From assembly GCF_018977255.1 (NCBI RefSeq), contig NW_024704742.1, positions 107,138,001 through 107,202,000 of the forward strand: a DNA stretch of 64,000 bases. Reading direction: 5' to 3'. Below are positions 1 to 11,636 of the stretch, piece after piece; position 1 is the first letter of the stretch, and each line of letters starts with the position of its first letter. The notes under the pieces are model-generated. The model was given only the letters and a program-made list of their open reading frames with translations. It had not been told where the DNA came from and did no database searches. Source of the stretch: Callorhinchus milii. Taxonomy: Eukaryota. The translations under genes and the position numbers were made by a program.

Positions 1-350
1 AAAATAAGATAAATGAAAGAAATGCACCATTAATTAAAACAAGTCAACTGAGTTACAAATGTTATTTCATTCTTCTGCTGTGAAAAAATGTTGTGGTTAT
101 ATCGGTCATGTCTGCAGTGGTTACTGCAAGTAGGTCTGCTTGAGTTATGAATGGCAGTCAGAATTACTCTCCGATAAGGTCCAAACACCTTGTAATTGCT
201 TTCTTGACGATGGGAGGCAGGGCTACTGAAGGCACATCCCTCACAATCAATCTGTTATAGGGTGGGGAGGACTGCAAATAGAACCCTTGAAAGAAAAAGT
301 ATTTAAATTCTAAATGTGGAGAAAACCATCAGCACAGATCTGATGAGCTA

Positions 351-715
351 AATAATAATCCTTACATTTGGTATAAAGCCTTTCACGTCAGAAAGACGTC
401 TCAAAGCTCTTCAGTAACAACAACTTGCGTTTATATAGCACTCTTCATGCAAGGTAGTGTCTCGGAACACTGAATAATAATCCGTGCATTTCATATAGCA
501 CTTTATCACGTCGTCAAGACATCTCAAAGCGCTTCACAGGATATACGGTAAAGCAACTGACTGACTGTGTATTTTGTGGGCAAATGGAATGCTACCCTGT
601 ATGAAGGGCGCTATATAAATGCAAAATGCTGTTGTTGAATGGGTCAGCCAATTTGCGCACAGCAATGGCCAGAAGCAGTTGTGGTTGAGTGACCAGTTTT
701 ATCTTTGGAGAGGAC
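351..715 (-). mobile_element. Stack of SINE/LINE 3'-tail fragments and a partial DeuSINE-like body
   Basis: Reverse complements of the window's SINE tail (aataataatccttrcattt...aaagcgcttcacagg), an (aac)n LINE-type tail at about 415-472, and the Deu-like segment cagccaatttgcgcacagcaat. Confidence 0.8.
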
Positions 716-719
716 AAGT

Positions 720-846
720 TTGCAGGCCTATGGGGAGAGAGTGGGGGGAGTGGGATTGCTTTGGATAGCTCTTATCAAAGAGTTGGCACAGACGCGATGG
801 GCCAAATGGTCTCCTTCTGTGCTGTATAATTCCATGATTCTATGAT
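720..846 (+). mobile_element. CR1-type LINE 3' end
   Basis: ...gacgcgatgggccaaatggtctccttctgtgctgtataattccatgattctatgat, a CR1-type 3' UTR with an (ATTCTATG)-like terminus. Related ends at about 7195-7392, 17690-17780, 20410-20540, 36265-36490 (-), 44350-44480 and 51820-51900. Confidence 0.7.
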
Positions 847-2769
847 ATACTGTGAAGTGTAGTTATTGTGTGTTTTATGTGTTTTTTTTTAATATATTGG
901 AACATTCTGTGATAATATGAAATGTCCCAATGGAGATGGAAGAGAGAAAAGAAAACTGCAGGAGTAAAAATAATGGGAAAAAAATGCTTTATTTACAAGA
1001 ACATTAAACAGCAGAGACATTACATGCTGACTCACTAACTGGTCCACAGCTTCTAAGCTGGTGAGTCAGCAAGTGGTGTGTCTGCTACCGAATACTGTAT
1101 TCTAAATACAGCAAAAGGATTCTAAGAGCCTATGAGGATTGACTTTCAGATGGTAAATTAACTGACTGGATTAAATGTCCTCAACTCCATGATCAATAAA
1201 TCAGTCAATTGCCAAGGTTAGACAATTTACCAAAAATCTGAGAATCTGCCTCTGTAACCAAAGCTGCTGAAAGATGCTTCCAAAGAACAGTTCATTGTGT
1301 TCAAATTATCCAACTATAAATCATAAAGTAACAAAATTGTTTAAGTAGGAATCCAATATCCTATTGGATTTTTTTTCAGATCTCCTCACATTTTTCTGTG
1401 AGCTTGATTTGTGATCCTTTACACAACAGGTCTAGATATTGTGTGCTCTCTATCCACATTGCATCTTCATTCTAAATTTGTTTTGTTTCCTTGTGGAGAT
1501 ATCGGGCATCTTAGCTCATTTTCATCCAATTATTGAAGATGGAGAGGTTATCGCATGTCTTCCTCAGACAAGTGACTTCCCTTCAACATCTATCCTTCTG
1601 TAAAGCGTTCACGTGAACTTTGGTGAATTCACTTCAGATCTCTGGATTTAACTATGTCTGATGGCCTTTTGACAACATTTTGTTGAGCTCGGTCCGTCCT
1701 TCCAATGTGAAAGGTGCTATATAAATGCAATTAGTTGTTGTTAGTTTGAGTCAATTTCCTCTTGTTGGTCATAAACTTCTTGGTACTTCTCATCAACCTG
1801 TGCAACCTTTAGAAGCCTTCAAGAGTAAATGGTGGAGCATTATTTGAAAATATTTACGGCCTTCCGTGTATTACAGGCTGACGGTGCAGTTTTCCTATTA
1901 CAGTCTTGGGTGCAGTGCCATTCACTTAGTTAATTTCTCAGCAGCTTGAATAGTTATTGACAAAATTAGATAGTAACTTACCATGAAAGACCAATAAAGC
2001 AATTCCAGCCTTTTACCACGTAAGACCAAAGACTTCTTCACAATATAATTGGGTTCTCTTTCCTCTGCAGTTCAAGAAACATCACATTTCTCAATGCAAC
2101 CTTTCAGTTCTGCATTCAACCTTACCTGCTAGGCACATTCTAATCCATGCTGGCTGCTCCTTATAGAGCCCGGGCTCTTTAGATTGGAATTGATAGCAAC
2201 CATTATAATGACCTCAAGCACTTCCTCCACTGCAGAGGCTAACAGTCTATCATTCCTCACTGCTTTTTTTTTGAATAAGAGGATAATGTTTGGTACAGCA
2301 CCAGTGTTTATAGGTGGAGTTAGTTCTTGGGAATATTTTTCAGTTCTGCAACTGGGAGAAAAGCGAGATCAAGGTTTAAAAGCTTCATAGTAACGATTAT
2401 TTTTGCATTTGCTTCAGCTATACTCCAGTGATTTGCAGTTTTGATTCTATCTGCCTTGTCTTTTTTTCTCTGACTTTGTATGAAATCACCACACTGCTGA
2501 CATTAATGCTTTGCCTTCCTTTGGTTCTATGTAACATCGAGCGGATGACAGAGACAACATTTACTAATAAGAATATTTTATTTGCACAAGCCTAAGGTCG
2601 CCGAGATGTTACCTTCTTAACCACTTCCTTCCCAATGTGTGTGGTCCATATGGGTGAAAATTGCAATGGGATAATTATCAGCAGACATAATTGTCACAAC
2701 ACACAATTTTCATCCTCATATGACGACAATACATATACGAATTAACCTATACACTAGAATAATGTGTCA

Positions 2770-3142
2770 CCCGTCATCACCCCTATTCTTTAAAAAATCC
2801 TCCCTAGACCCATCCCTGCTCTCACACTACTGCCCCATTTCCAACCTCCCTTTTCTTTCCAAGGTTCTGGAATGAGTCTTTACTTCCCAATTTCGCTATT
2901 TCCTCTCCCGCCACCCCTTCATGAACCTCTCCAATCGTGTTTTCGTGCCTCCCACAATACAGAAACAGCCCTGATCAAAGTGACCCTCCTCCTCGACCGT
3001 GCTTTCGATCACCCTCCTTTCCCCCCTACCCTCCACCCTCCTTGATCCCGACTCCTAGCTCGGGTCCAAAACAGTGATTGTCCAGCGCCTTGGGATGTCC
3101 TCCTGACGCGAAAGATGCTACACAAATGTAAATTTGTTGTTG
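2770..3142 (+). mobile_element. L2-clade LINE fragment, internally deleted
   Basis: Degenerate RT N-terminal motifs (VITPIL.KSSLDP...PISNLPFLSKVLE...FRASHNTETALIKVT) joined to the C-terminal LLDRAF segment, 3' UTR and (ttg)n tail. Confidence 0.8.
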
Positions 3143-3524
3143 TAGACAATAGTTTTCTAGTAGTCTATATTTTATGGTAACTACTTCAACCAAGCAATTT
3201 ACCTTGTTGGATCTACAGGATGTCAATGTGCACTTTAGAAGCGTGGAATTTTTGGTTCAAACATCATGTGGATGGGGTGGCAGTGGGAGTATTGGGAGGA
3301 GGAAGTTGAGTAAACACGGTGCTGACAGCAGCAACCTAAAATATCTGGTAATTCGAGTTGCAACTCAGTTCACTAGTGAGCCGAGTCATCTTTTCCATCA
3401 CATTTTCAAAGGCTTTAAAAATTTTTACGAGGCAAAGCTCAAAATGAAAGCAGGGAGGAATGTGCCACGTGTGTGAAGTACATGCCTGAAATTGTGCCAA
3501 CACTAGACAGAAATGAGCACCAGT

Positions 3525-3740
3525 GTTTTCATTGAAGCAGAGAAAGATGAGAAGGGGCATGATAGAGGTATACAAAATTATGAACAGTTTTGACAGGGTA
3601 AATAGGGAGAAGCTATATTCACTGGTAGGGGAGGCAGTGATTAGAGGACATAATTATAAGATAGTCCCAAGAGAGTGAAAATAAAGCTTAGGTGAATTTA
3701 TTCACACAGAGAATTGTTAGGATGTTGAATCCCTTGCCAA
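3525..3740 (+). mobile_element. CR1 LINE ORF2 C-terminal remnant
   Basis: Reads FSLKQRKMRRGMIEVYKIMNSFDRVNREKLYSLVGEAVIRGHNYKI, matching the CR1 LFSLExRRLRGDLIEVYKI...TRGH pattern. Confidence 0.8.
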
Positions 3741-5911
3741 CTAACTCTGGACAAATGACTAAAACATTTTGGCCCAGAAGAGTATGGATTCCTTCTCTCC
3801 TAGACAGACTCCACCCCGGGAACATTAATCCTTATACTTGATATGGTGCCGTATCACATCTCTGAGATATCTCAAAGCACTTTACAGGATTTACTGTGTC
3901 TTTTGTTGTGAGCTCAAAATTCAAATGTGGGGCTTGAATCCACAGTCTTCTGACTTGGAGACAAGAAAACAACCACAGAGCCAGTGTACCATCTCTAAAT
4001 GAGTTTGACATTTTATCCTCAGTGAAAGGCATCTGCACAGATAACCATAGCAAGAGCTTGGTAGTGTAAGTATTCTGAAAGGATTAGATCAAATAAGTCA
4101 AACTTCATCCAAACATCTCTTGAGATCTTGTGAAAAGCCAGATTTCAACTTATTTAATATGTTGTCATTGAAAAACAATTTTAGCCATGTCCTTCTTTCA
4201 TTCAAGTCATCCACAAGCATATGTTTCTAAAATATGTGTACATTTATTGAATATCTAGAATTCGGGTGTGGAGGGGGAGAGGTGGGAGTACATCAAGTAC
4301 AGGATAGTGCAGGCAAGAAAGCAAATTCACTATTGATTCAGACCTGGGTTTTCCTCTGCATTGAGTTGAGTAGGGGGTATCCTACTGGAAGGGGGAAGGT
4401 AAACAGGTTCTCTATGGAGCTGAGCTGGCTCCAAGATGACGTGCTTTGTAATGGAATATCAGAATTGAGTCAACCTTTTTGTCAGTCTCACTAGTCCATT
4501 TACTGAGCCAGAACAGGTCTACAATAATCCCGGCATTGCTGATGACAGACCCGCCAGCTTGGCTTGTCGGCAGGAATTGGAAGGACAGACAAAGATTTGT
4601 CCCGCTCAGCTCCACTTAACACTACAAGTCAGAAATCTAATGGGTAGGATGGCCCTGGCTGGACAAGCAGCAGGAAGCTTGCCAGACAGTACTCACTCAC
4701 CCTAAGGCTTGGCTGTTGCCAATCTGCGCTTAATACTTTCTGGGATTAGGTAAGCAGGGTGTGTCCCTCCAGGGAGAGGGTGTGCATTCCATTCTAGACA
4801 CAAGCAAATTTACAACAGCAACAACAATGTGCACTTAAATAGCAGCCTCCATGCAAAGTAGCGTCTCAGAGCGCTTGAATTTCCATGCGTGGATGGCATA
4901 GGATCAGTCTGTTTGGATACTCTTAACCATGGAGTTGGGATTCTGTCAGATACCCAGTTGGGGTTGTACATTGACTCAATCTTTATTCTGCTGTTTGATA
5001 TTCCAGGAAAACAATCAATTTAAAATGAAATTCTCCAGTCGCTTAAATCTTAATTCATTCAGGAAGCAGTTTAGCAGAGTCCGTTGTTTTTATCCAATTT
5101 TGTCAGGCAGCAGTTTCCTGCTCATTAAACTGGCATTTCACCAGCCTCGCAGGGTTCTGAGATAGTCACGGGGAAAGTGAATAGTTATGCGTTCCTACGC
5201 ATCAGAAAAGGAAATTTGCGGACTGTAAGCAAACGTTTCAGATGTCTGCAGAGCGATGGGAAATATACATACTGAAAATAAATATTTGATCATGAATGCA
5301 TTCATGTTGTCTGTCAAACCAGAACGAATGCCCAAAGCAGATCTCACGTTTGCAGATTTAGCTGCACCGTATAGCTGTATGGTTGAAACATGATTTTTAA
5401 GAAAATAAAATTTTGTAGCAATTTTCCATAAGTTCCATTACATGCCAATTGTTGGTAACAAAAAGCGGTTTTAAAGTAGGTTTGAAAGAGATCCAGATTT
5501 CTTAGTGGGAGACTTGTCAGCAGAAAGCAATCCAATTAGTGAGTTTCATTCACAAGTGTCAATGTTTGCTTTAGTTTGGGTTCCCTAAAAAAAAGAAAAG
5601 AAATCCAGAACACTGTTCACTCATTGCTTGCCGTGGTACAATACTTCCCTTCTCAAAATGTTCAGTGCCTTTAATCATTTTGTGTTTTTTTCTGATGTTT
5701 AAATCTAGTGAGTAATGGCTTGATGATGTGGATCAGTGCTGGAGTGCAAGAGGTCATCTTTTGCCCAGGATTTTTCAAACTTAGCTGTTGTACTTCAAAG
5801 GATCCTGCTAAATCAGACATCAAATCATATGAGGTTTTGTCAATTCAAAGAAACTCGATCCATTGTGCCTTTGCTCCGTCTCTGAAAGAGTTATCCATTT
5901 ATCCTGGTCAT

Positions 5912-6290
5912 GGAGTCCTGTAGCTCAGTGGTTAGAGCACTTGCCTCACAAGCGCGAGACCGGGCTTCAATTCCCATCAGGGCGAAACCTTGGGCAAGTT
6001 TCCTTACTCCACACACCTGATAATAATCACTCAAGAAAAATATAATAAAATTAGTCACTTCAATCCCCGACTGTTTGTGGGACACTGCTGTGCGCAATTG
6101 GCTGCCGCGTTCGCCCACAAATATACAGTCAATTCACTTTACAGTGTGTTCTGTGAAGCGCTTTGGGACGTCCTCCCGACGTGAAAAGCGCTATATCAAA
6201 TGCAAGGATTATTATTATATTCTGTGAAGGGCTTTAAGACATCTGGAAGACATGAAAAGCGTTATATCAAATGCAAGGATTATTATTATT
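5912..6290 (+). mobile_element. Full-length tRNA-derived SINE (family A) followed by a second tail copy
   Basis: tRNA-like head with A box TAGCTCAGTGG and a B-box-like motif, 3' Deu-like segment (ctgtttgtgggacactgctgtgcgcaattggctgccgcgttc), L2-like tail and (att)n. Second tail at about 6219-6290. Close copies at 47671 and 50228. Confidence 0.9.
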
Positions 6291-9095
6291 TTTATATTAT
6301 CCCATTCTGCTGCTTTTTCTCCATAACTTTTTATATTTCTTCTTAATATATGTTTATCTTTTCAGGTAGGATTGAGGCATATTAGCTTTAGAGACTGATA
6401 CATTGAAGGAACTTTATTTGAAGGTAGATACATGGGTTAGATGGAACGATGGTGAATTCCTGCCTCAGATTGTCACAATGGGGTGCAAAATGCAGTATGT
6501 GATTTGATAATTTTCACATTGCTGAGATATGCAAAATACAAAGCTGTCTTTAATTATCAGCAGGTTTGGGAGTAAATACCCTCTGACTCGCACAGCTCAG
6601 AGTTTGCAGTCGGAGTAAGCCATTGGGACACCACGTTGAAACAGTTTTTTGTCGTTTTATGACAAGTTTGAGTTGCTACAGTTAAGTTACTCTGATTCTG
6701 ATCCAGGCTCACTTTTGTGCTTTCTTTTCACAATGACTTGCTCTGTCTGCAGTTCTACCAAAACAAAACAGGTTTTATTTGTAGGTAATACTCCGTTATT
6801 AGACGTGTAATGTTTTCTATAGGAAGTCCACACAAGATTTGAATTTATGTCCCAGTAGAACATGCCAAGTTCTACATTTTGCACTTCCTGCTTCCCTATT
6901 TCTACATTGAAGCTTCCTTAATTTCATTACTCCCTGGGGACGCTCCAGTATTAATTAAATAGATGTTGTTAAACAGCTTGAATCGTTAACAGTATTTTTT
7001 CACTTCTTATGTCTTGCACGGATCTGAGATCCTAGTTCTCTTTTTCTGACCCCTTGTGGCTTGTTAATACACAATTGCTAATATGTCGGTAAGGCTGTGA
7101 TTCTTTGATCAGCCATGTTTGCATCCTCAAGAGTCCCACATGATAGATGGATCCTTTTAATTGAGATGGTACCTATGTGTACGTAGGTCAAATTCACTGC
7201 TGGAAGCTGTGGTTGAAGGAAATGGCATCAATGTATTTAAGAGAAAACTTGTTGCATATGTGAGGGAGAGGGAATAGAGGGGTATCGGTGAGGGGAATAG
7301 GAGAGGTAAGGACTTGTGTGCACTGTAAATATGTCTGATGGACTAATTAGGCCAAATAGCTTGTTTTTGCGCCATATCACTCCATGTAACTATTTTTGCA
7401 GCTTTAAATTTGTTGGTCCTACATATAAGAGGTAGCTGAGGCAATGCAATGTGAGGTTTTCTAGATGGAATGGAGAATTAATACATTGCTCCAGTGGACA
7501 AGGGAACTACAGTACATATGAACCCATTTCCCAAATGTCAGAGCCGGAACATGTATTCACTGTTCAAACTGTTAGAAGTGGAGTTTTGAATAGCCCAGTT
7601 AGAAAAAAACAAACACAAATAAATGCAATGTATTAAGTAAATAGAACAAAATGATCAATTATTTGCTGTCCAGATCACATTTGGATTTCATAAAGAATAA
7701 TCCATGCATTGCATTATTTAGCTTTCCACTCTAAAGTGACTTTTGCTTACCTCTCAGACACAGAGAAATGTCTATGTGTAGGTGGTATACATAATGTGGA
7801 GCTCTCAGTCTGGTTTGGATTCTCTTAAACATTATGATGGGTTTCTGTGTGTGTCAGACACCCGGCTGACCGAAAACAATCTGTATACTCTATTTATATT
7901 AAGTTTCCTATAGAAGATGCGATATATGATTTGGTGTAAGTACAATATGTGAATGGAGCCTTGACCAAAAAAGATTCACTAGAAGTCTGTTCGGAGTCCA
8001 ATCTAATTTCTGAGATTCTGTCAAATCCCTCAGCGATGAGTGGCAGGAGAACAGTGTAGATTGGTGTCTGATTGAAGTTCTGGTCGCTTGTATGAATCAA
8101 CTGTGCAAGTGCAGGATTCAATCTGTGTAAATCCTTTTATTAATCCCACAATTTACCATAAGTCCCAGTGAGAAGGTGATTGCAAACTATTCATGCACCG
8201 CCTGATCCCAGTGCCTGGGATCCATCAGAATCCTTACATGTGCCCTCCAGATGCTGTAGAAACTGAGAATCCACCTCAGTCATGGAAAGGAAAAAAATCT
8301 TGCCAGGAAAAAATGGCACACAGGGTTTATGTCTGCTTTTAAGGGAGAAGAGATCCATCAGGAGCCAGAACACCACGCAGAAAGTCCTCTCTGTGTGAAC
8401 AGACCTTCACACATTCATCAGTTGTTGCCAGTCATGCTCAGTTTGTTGGGAGACCAAAACCTACGAGCTCTCCAATAGTAAAATAAATATTATTATTAAA
8501 TCAGCTCAAATACTGAGTAGTTTTCATGTGTCAGCTTGTTAAATACCTACTTTCTTCTAAAATCAGTTGTAAACTGCAGACTGTTGATTGGAATGAATGG
8601 AATCATTAAGTTGACTGAAAAGGTTACATTTTCTCTGTTGCAATTTACTTCAGAGCTTTTTTTTGTGTTCCAAAGAAGAATCTAGTTAGTCATTTGTGGT
8701 GTGTGTGTTTTCCCATCCAAGGTTGGAATTTATTTGTGATGAGAACCTCTTGAGCAAAGGTCTTACTTTCTTTTAACTTGGATTGACGTTTGTGAATAGA
8801 ATTTTAAGTAACTCTTAGGAATCCTCCAGAGTTCATTGCGTTCAATGTGCAGAACCTTAATAAAGTGAAAGTTTTAATCTTTGCAGGTGAACCTTGCAAG
8901 TGGACTGAGTTAATCATATTTCTCACTAAATAATAAAACTAACTGGGTAACAATTTTACCTGTCAACCATGTGCAGTAGTAGACGAGCCTGACCAGATGG
9001 ATGCACGATGTTCTGAGCTGGCTGAGAATGTTTTAGTTCAGTGAAAATTTTCGAAATGGACATCATTTACCGTGCAATACCTGCGATATTCCTTA

Positions 9096-9203
9096 GTGAC
9101 GAGATGCAGTGTCTGAGTGATGTGATGCAGTGTCGCGGTGACGTGATGCGGTCTCCAGGTGAAGTGACTCGGTGTCTGGTAATGTGTTGCTGTGCATGGT
9201 GAC
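9096..9203. repeat. Minisatellite, about 5 units of 20-21 bp (gtgacgtgatgcagtgtctgg-like)
   Basis: Units gtgacgagatgcagtgtctga / gtgatgtgatgcagtgtcgcg / gtgacgtgatgcggtctccag / gtgaagtgactcggtgtctg / gtaatgtgttgctgtgcatg. Confidence 0.8.
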
Positions 9204-9452
9204 TTCAAGATTCTTACACTCGTGTTCAAATCCTTTCACTCTCTGACATCTCCATCACCCAGCACCTCCGCTCGACTGGGACCGGCTTCCTGCTCATCCC
9301 TCACAACCACCGCCCCACCATCGGAGGTCGCAGTTTCAGCCACTACGCCCCAAAACTCTGGAACACTCTCCCTCAATCCCTCCGTCTTGCCCCCTCTCCC
9401 CTTTTACAAATCGCATCTGAAAACCTTCCTCTTTGACCGTGCTTACGGCTAT
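9201..9452 (+). mobile_element. L2-clade LINE ORF2 C-terminal fragment
   Basis: DFKILTLVFKSFHSL...IGGRSFSHYAPKLWNTLPQSLR...KSHLKTFLFDRAYGY across frameshifts. Confidence 0.85.
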
Positions 9453-9977
9453 TCTGGCTATTCTTCTCCTATCTTATCTCAAAACATTGAGGCCAATTTC
9501 AGTAACCCAACTGTACCTGTCTGAGATCAGCACACATTTGGATTTGAATCTGTGGCCTTTGGTCTGCTGTGGCCCAATCCTGCCTTTTTATATAAAATCC
9601 TGTTTACATTTAAACAAGCCTCATCCTCTCCTTAAAACGTTTGTGCTACACAAGTTAACCTGCAAGTAAATACCTGGAAGTTCTTCATGCTATTGACAGC
9701 ATATAGAATTTCTGATATTGACAATGAAATATGGGGTTGTTGAATTGCAAATTTTGAAAAACTGTTGCAAAATGGAAATTGTGATCAGCGCAACCAATCT
9801 GGCATGCAAATATCACAAACTAGATGCCTTTGTCATTACTTTATTGCTCTGCATGTGATTTCCCAGGAGAGGTTGCCATGCAGCAGTGAGAGTGTTTACA
9901 GTTGCCAAAGAACATCTCAAATTGATAGTGTGGCAGAATGTTCTGTTTAGGAACTACAGCTCTTGAGAACTGTTAGA

Positions 9978-10387
9978 TGTCAGCCTGGCTTAATTGGTAG
10001 CACTTTTGCCTCTGAGTCAGAAGGTTGTGGGATCAAGTCCCATGTCAGGACTTTGAGCTCACAAGGTATAGGCTGACACTCAATGAATTGTTGAGTGGAG
10101 CGCTGCTTTGTCAGAGGTACCATCCCCGGGCGAAACATTAAACTAAATCTTGTCTGCGTATTTGGGTAACAAAAGAGAAGGGAGGGAGTTTCTTGCAGTG
10201 CCCTGGTAAACACTACCCAACATAAAATTGATCATTCACTTCATAGTTGTTTGTGGGACATTGCTGTGTGCAAATTGACTGCTGGGTTTTTGTGTACAAA
10301 TAGTCACTGCACTTTATTGTGAATCCTGTAAAGTGCTTTGAGATGTTTTGACGAAATGGCGCTATATCGAGTGCAAAGTTTATTATT
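9978..10387 (+). mobile_element. DeuSINE-like SINE (family B, SacSINE1/AmnSINE1-like)
   Basis: Head tgtcagcctggcttaattggtagcacttttgcctctgagtcagaaggttgtgggatcaagtccc, central Deu-like body and the shared tail. Family name from recalled consensus. Confidence 0.8.
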
Positions 10388-11636
10388 CCAGCCAGATAAC
10401 AGCAGAGCCTCAGCAGTCTGGTGATTCTGAATGGCAAAAAGAGAATTCAGAGCCACGCAATCGAAGATCATTGTGTGAGGAAAAGCACTGTAAATTTAGA
10501 ATCTCATGCGCTGGTTTATTTTGTAATAGATTGATCCATATTTAAAGTCTACCTCAATCACAGGCTCTACTGGCTGGCCACACAGTGAGAAATGGTTGGA
10601 ATCCAATTAAAGAATAGATGTCTTGGCAAATGAAATTAGGATCTTGCTCAGTATCACCCACGAGGATCTCCGCTCACTGATATTGGAGCTCAGCTGCTAC
10701 CTGCTTACAAACATAATCACAGCTCTTGGCAATCTAAAAATGGCACTGAACTATGTTCCTTTACTGACACACTCTTCCCTGCCAGTATCAGGCACGTAGA
10801 CACAGGAGCTGTAAGCAACTCGGCATCTTGTGTTAATCTGATGATTTGATGCTAATCTCCTCTGTACTCAATTTCTTCCCTTCTACCGGAAGGGTACGAG
10901 CTATACATGCATTTGGAAGGTTGGTGAGCACTAATTGACATGTGTCATCTTATTAAAGGACATGGGATGAAAATTGTGACACGGGAAGTTAATTCTTGTC
11001 ATATTTGTCACATTACATACCACATCTAACCCCCCTCTACCCATACCCTGAAGAATTTAACTGCTTTGTTTGGCTGTATTTGTCCTGGCCTGGAATCCCT
11101 CAAATAAAATTGTTCATTCACTTTGTGGTTGTTCGTGGGACAAAGTGGCTACAAAATGCACAGTCACAACATATCCTCCCGATGTGAAAGGTGCGTTAGC
11201 AAATGCAAAGATCATTATTGTATTAGTTATTTGCTGATTCTTAATTAAAGAAGGTGGTGGTTTTGTTCACAGGCAGAACAAGTGGCCTAATCTGGGCTAA
11301 ATCCTGCCAAGTATCCATGTAAAACCTCCTCTACAGGTCAGGCTGACACATGAGTCTTTATGTCCTTTGAAGCTGGGAAGCAGATTATTTCTCTTAATTT
11401 TCTAATTATCTTGTTTTTGCAAAAATTCTTGAGGCACATACTGACGGTGAAATTCATTAGGGAAATACACGGAGCAAGAATATACAGGCAGGTACATATT
11501 ATTTGCAGTGGAGCTAATAACACTAATTGGGCACCCAGTGGTTTAGGGTGATGTCAATTCACTGGCAGATCTGTAGCCAGGGGCATATATCAGTTCCTTC
11601 CACACACCTGCTCAAAGCCATCTATTTTATGCATTG

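Noticed and set aside
1350..1370. 9-bp hairpin followed by a T-run, like a bacterial intrinsic terminator
   Set aside because: Eukaryotic intron with an AT-rich stem; expected by chance.
9096..9203. CRISPR-like or coding array
   Set aside because: Units are contiguous without unique spacers, there are no cas genes and the context is vertebrate.
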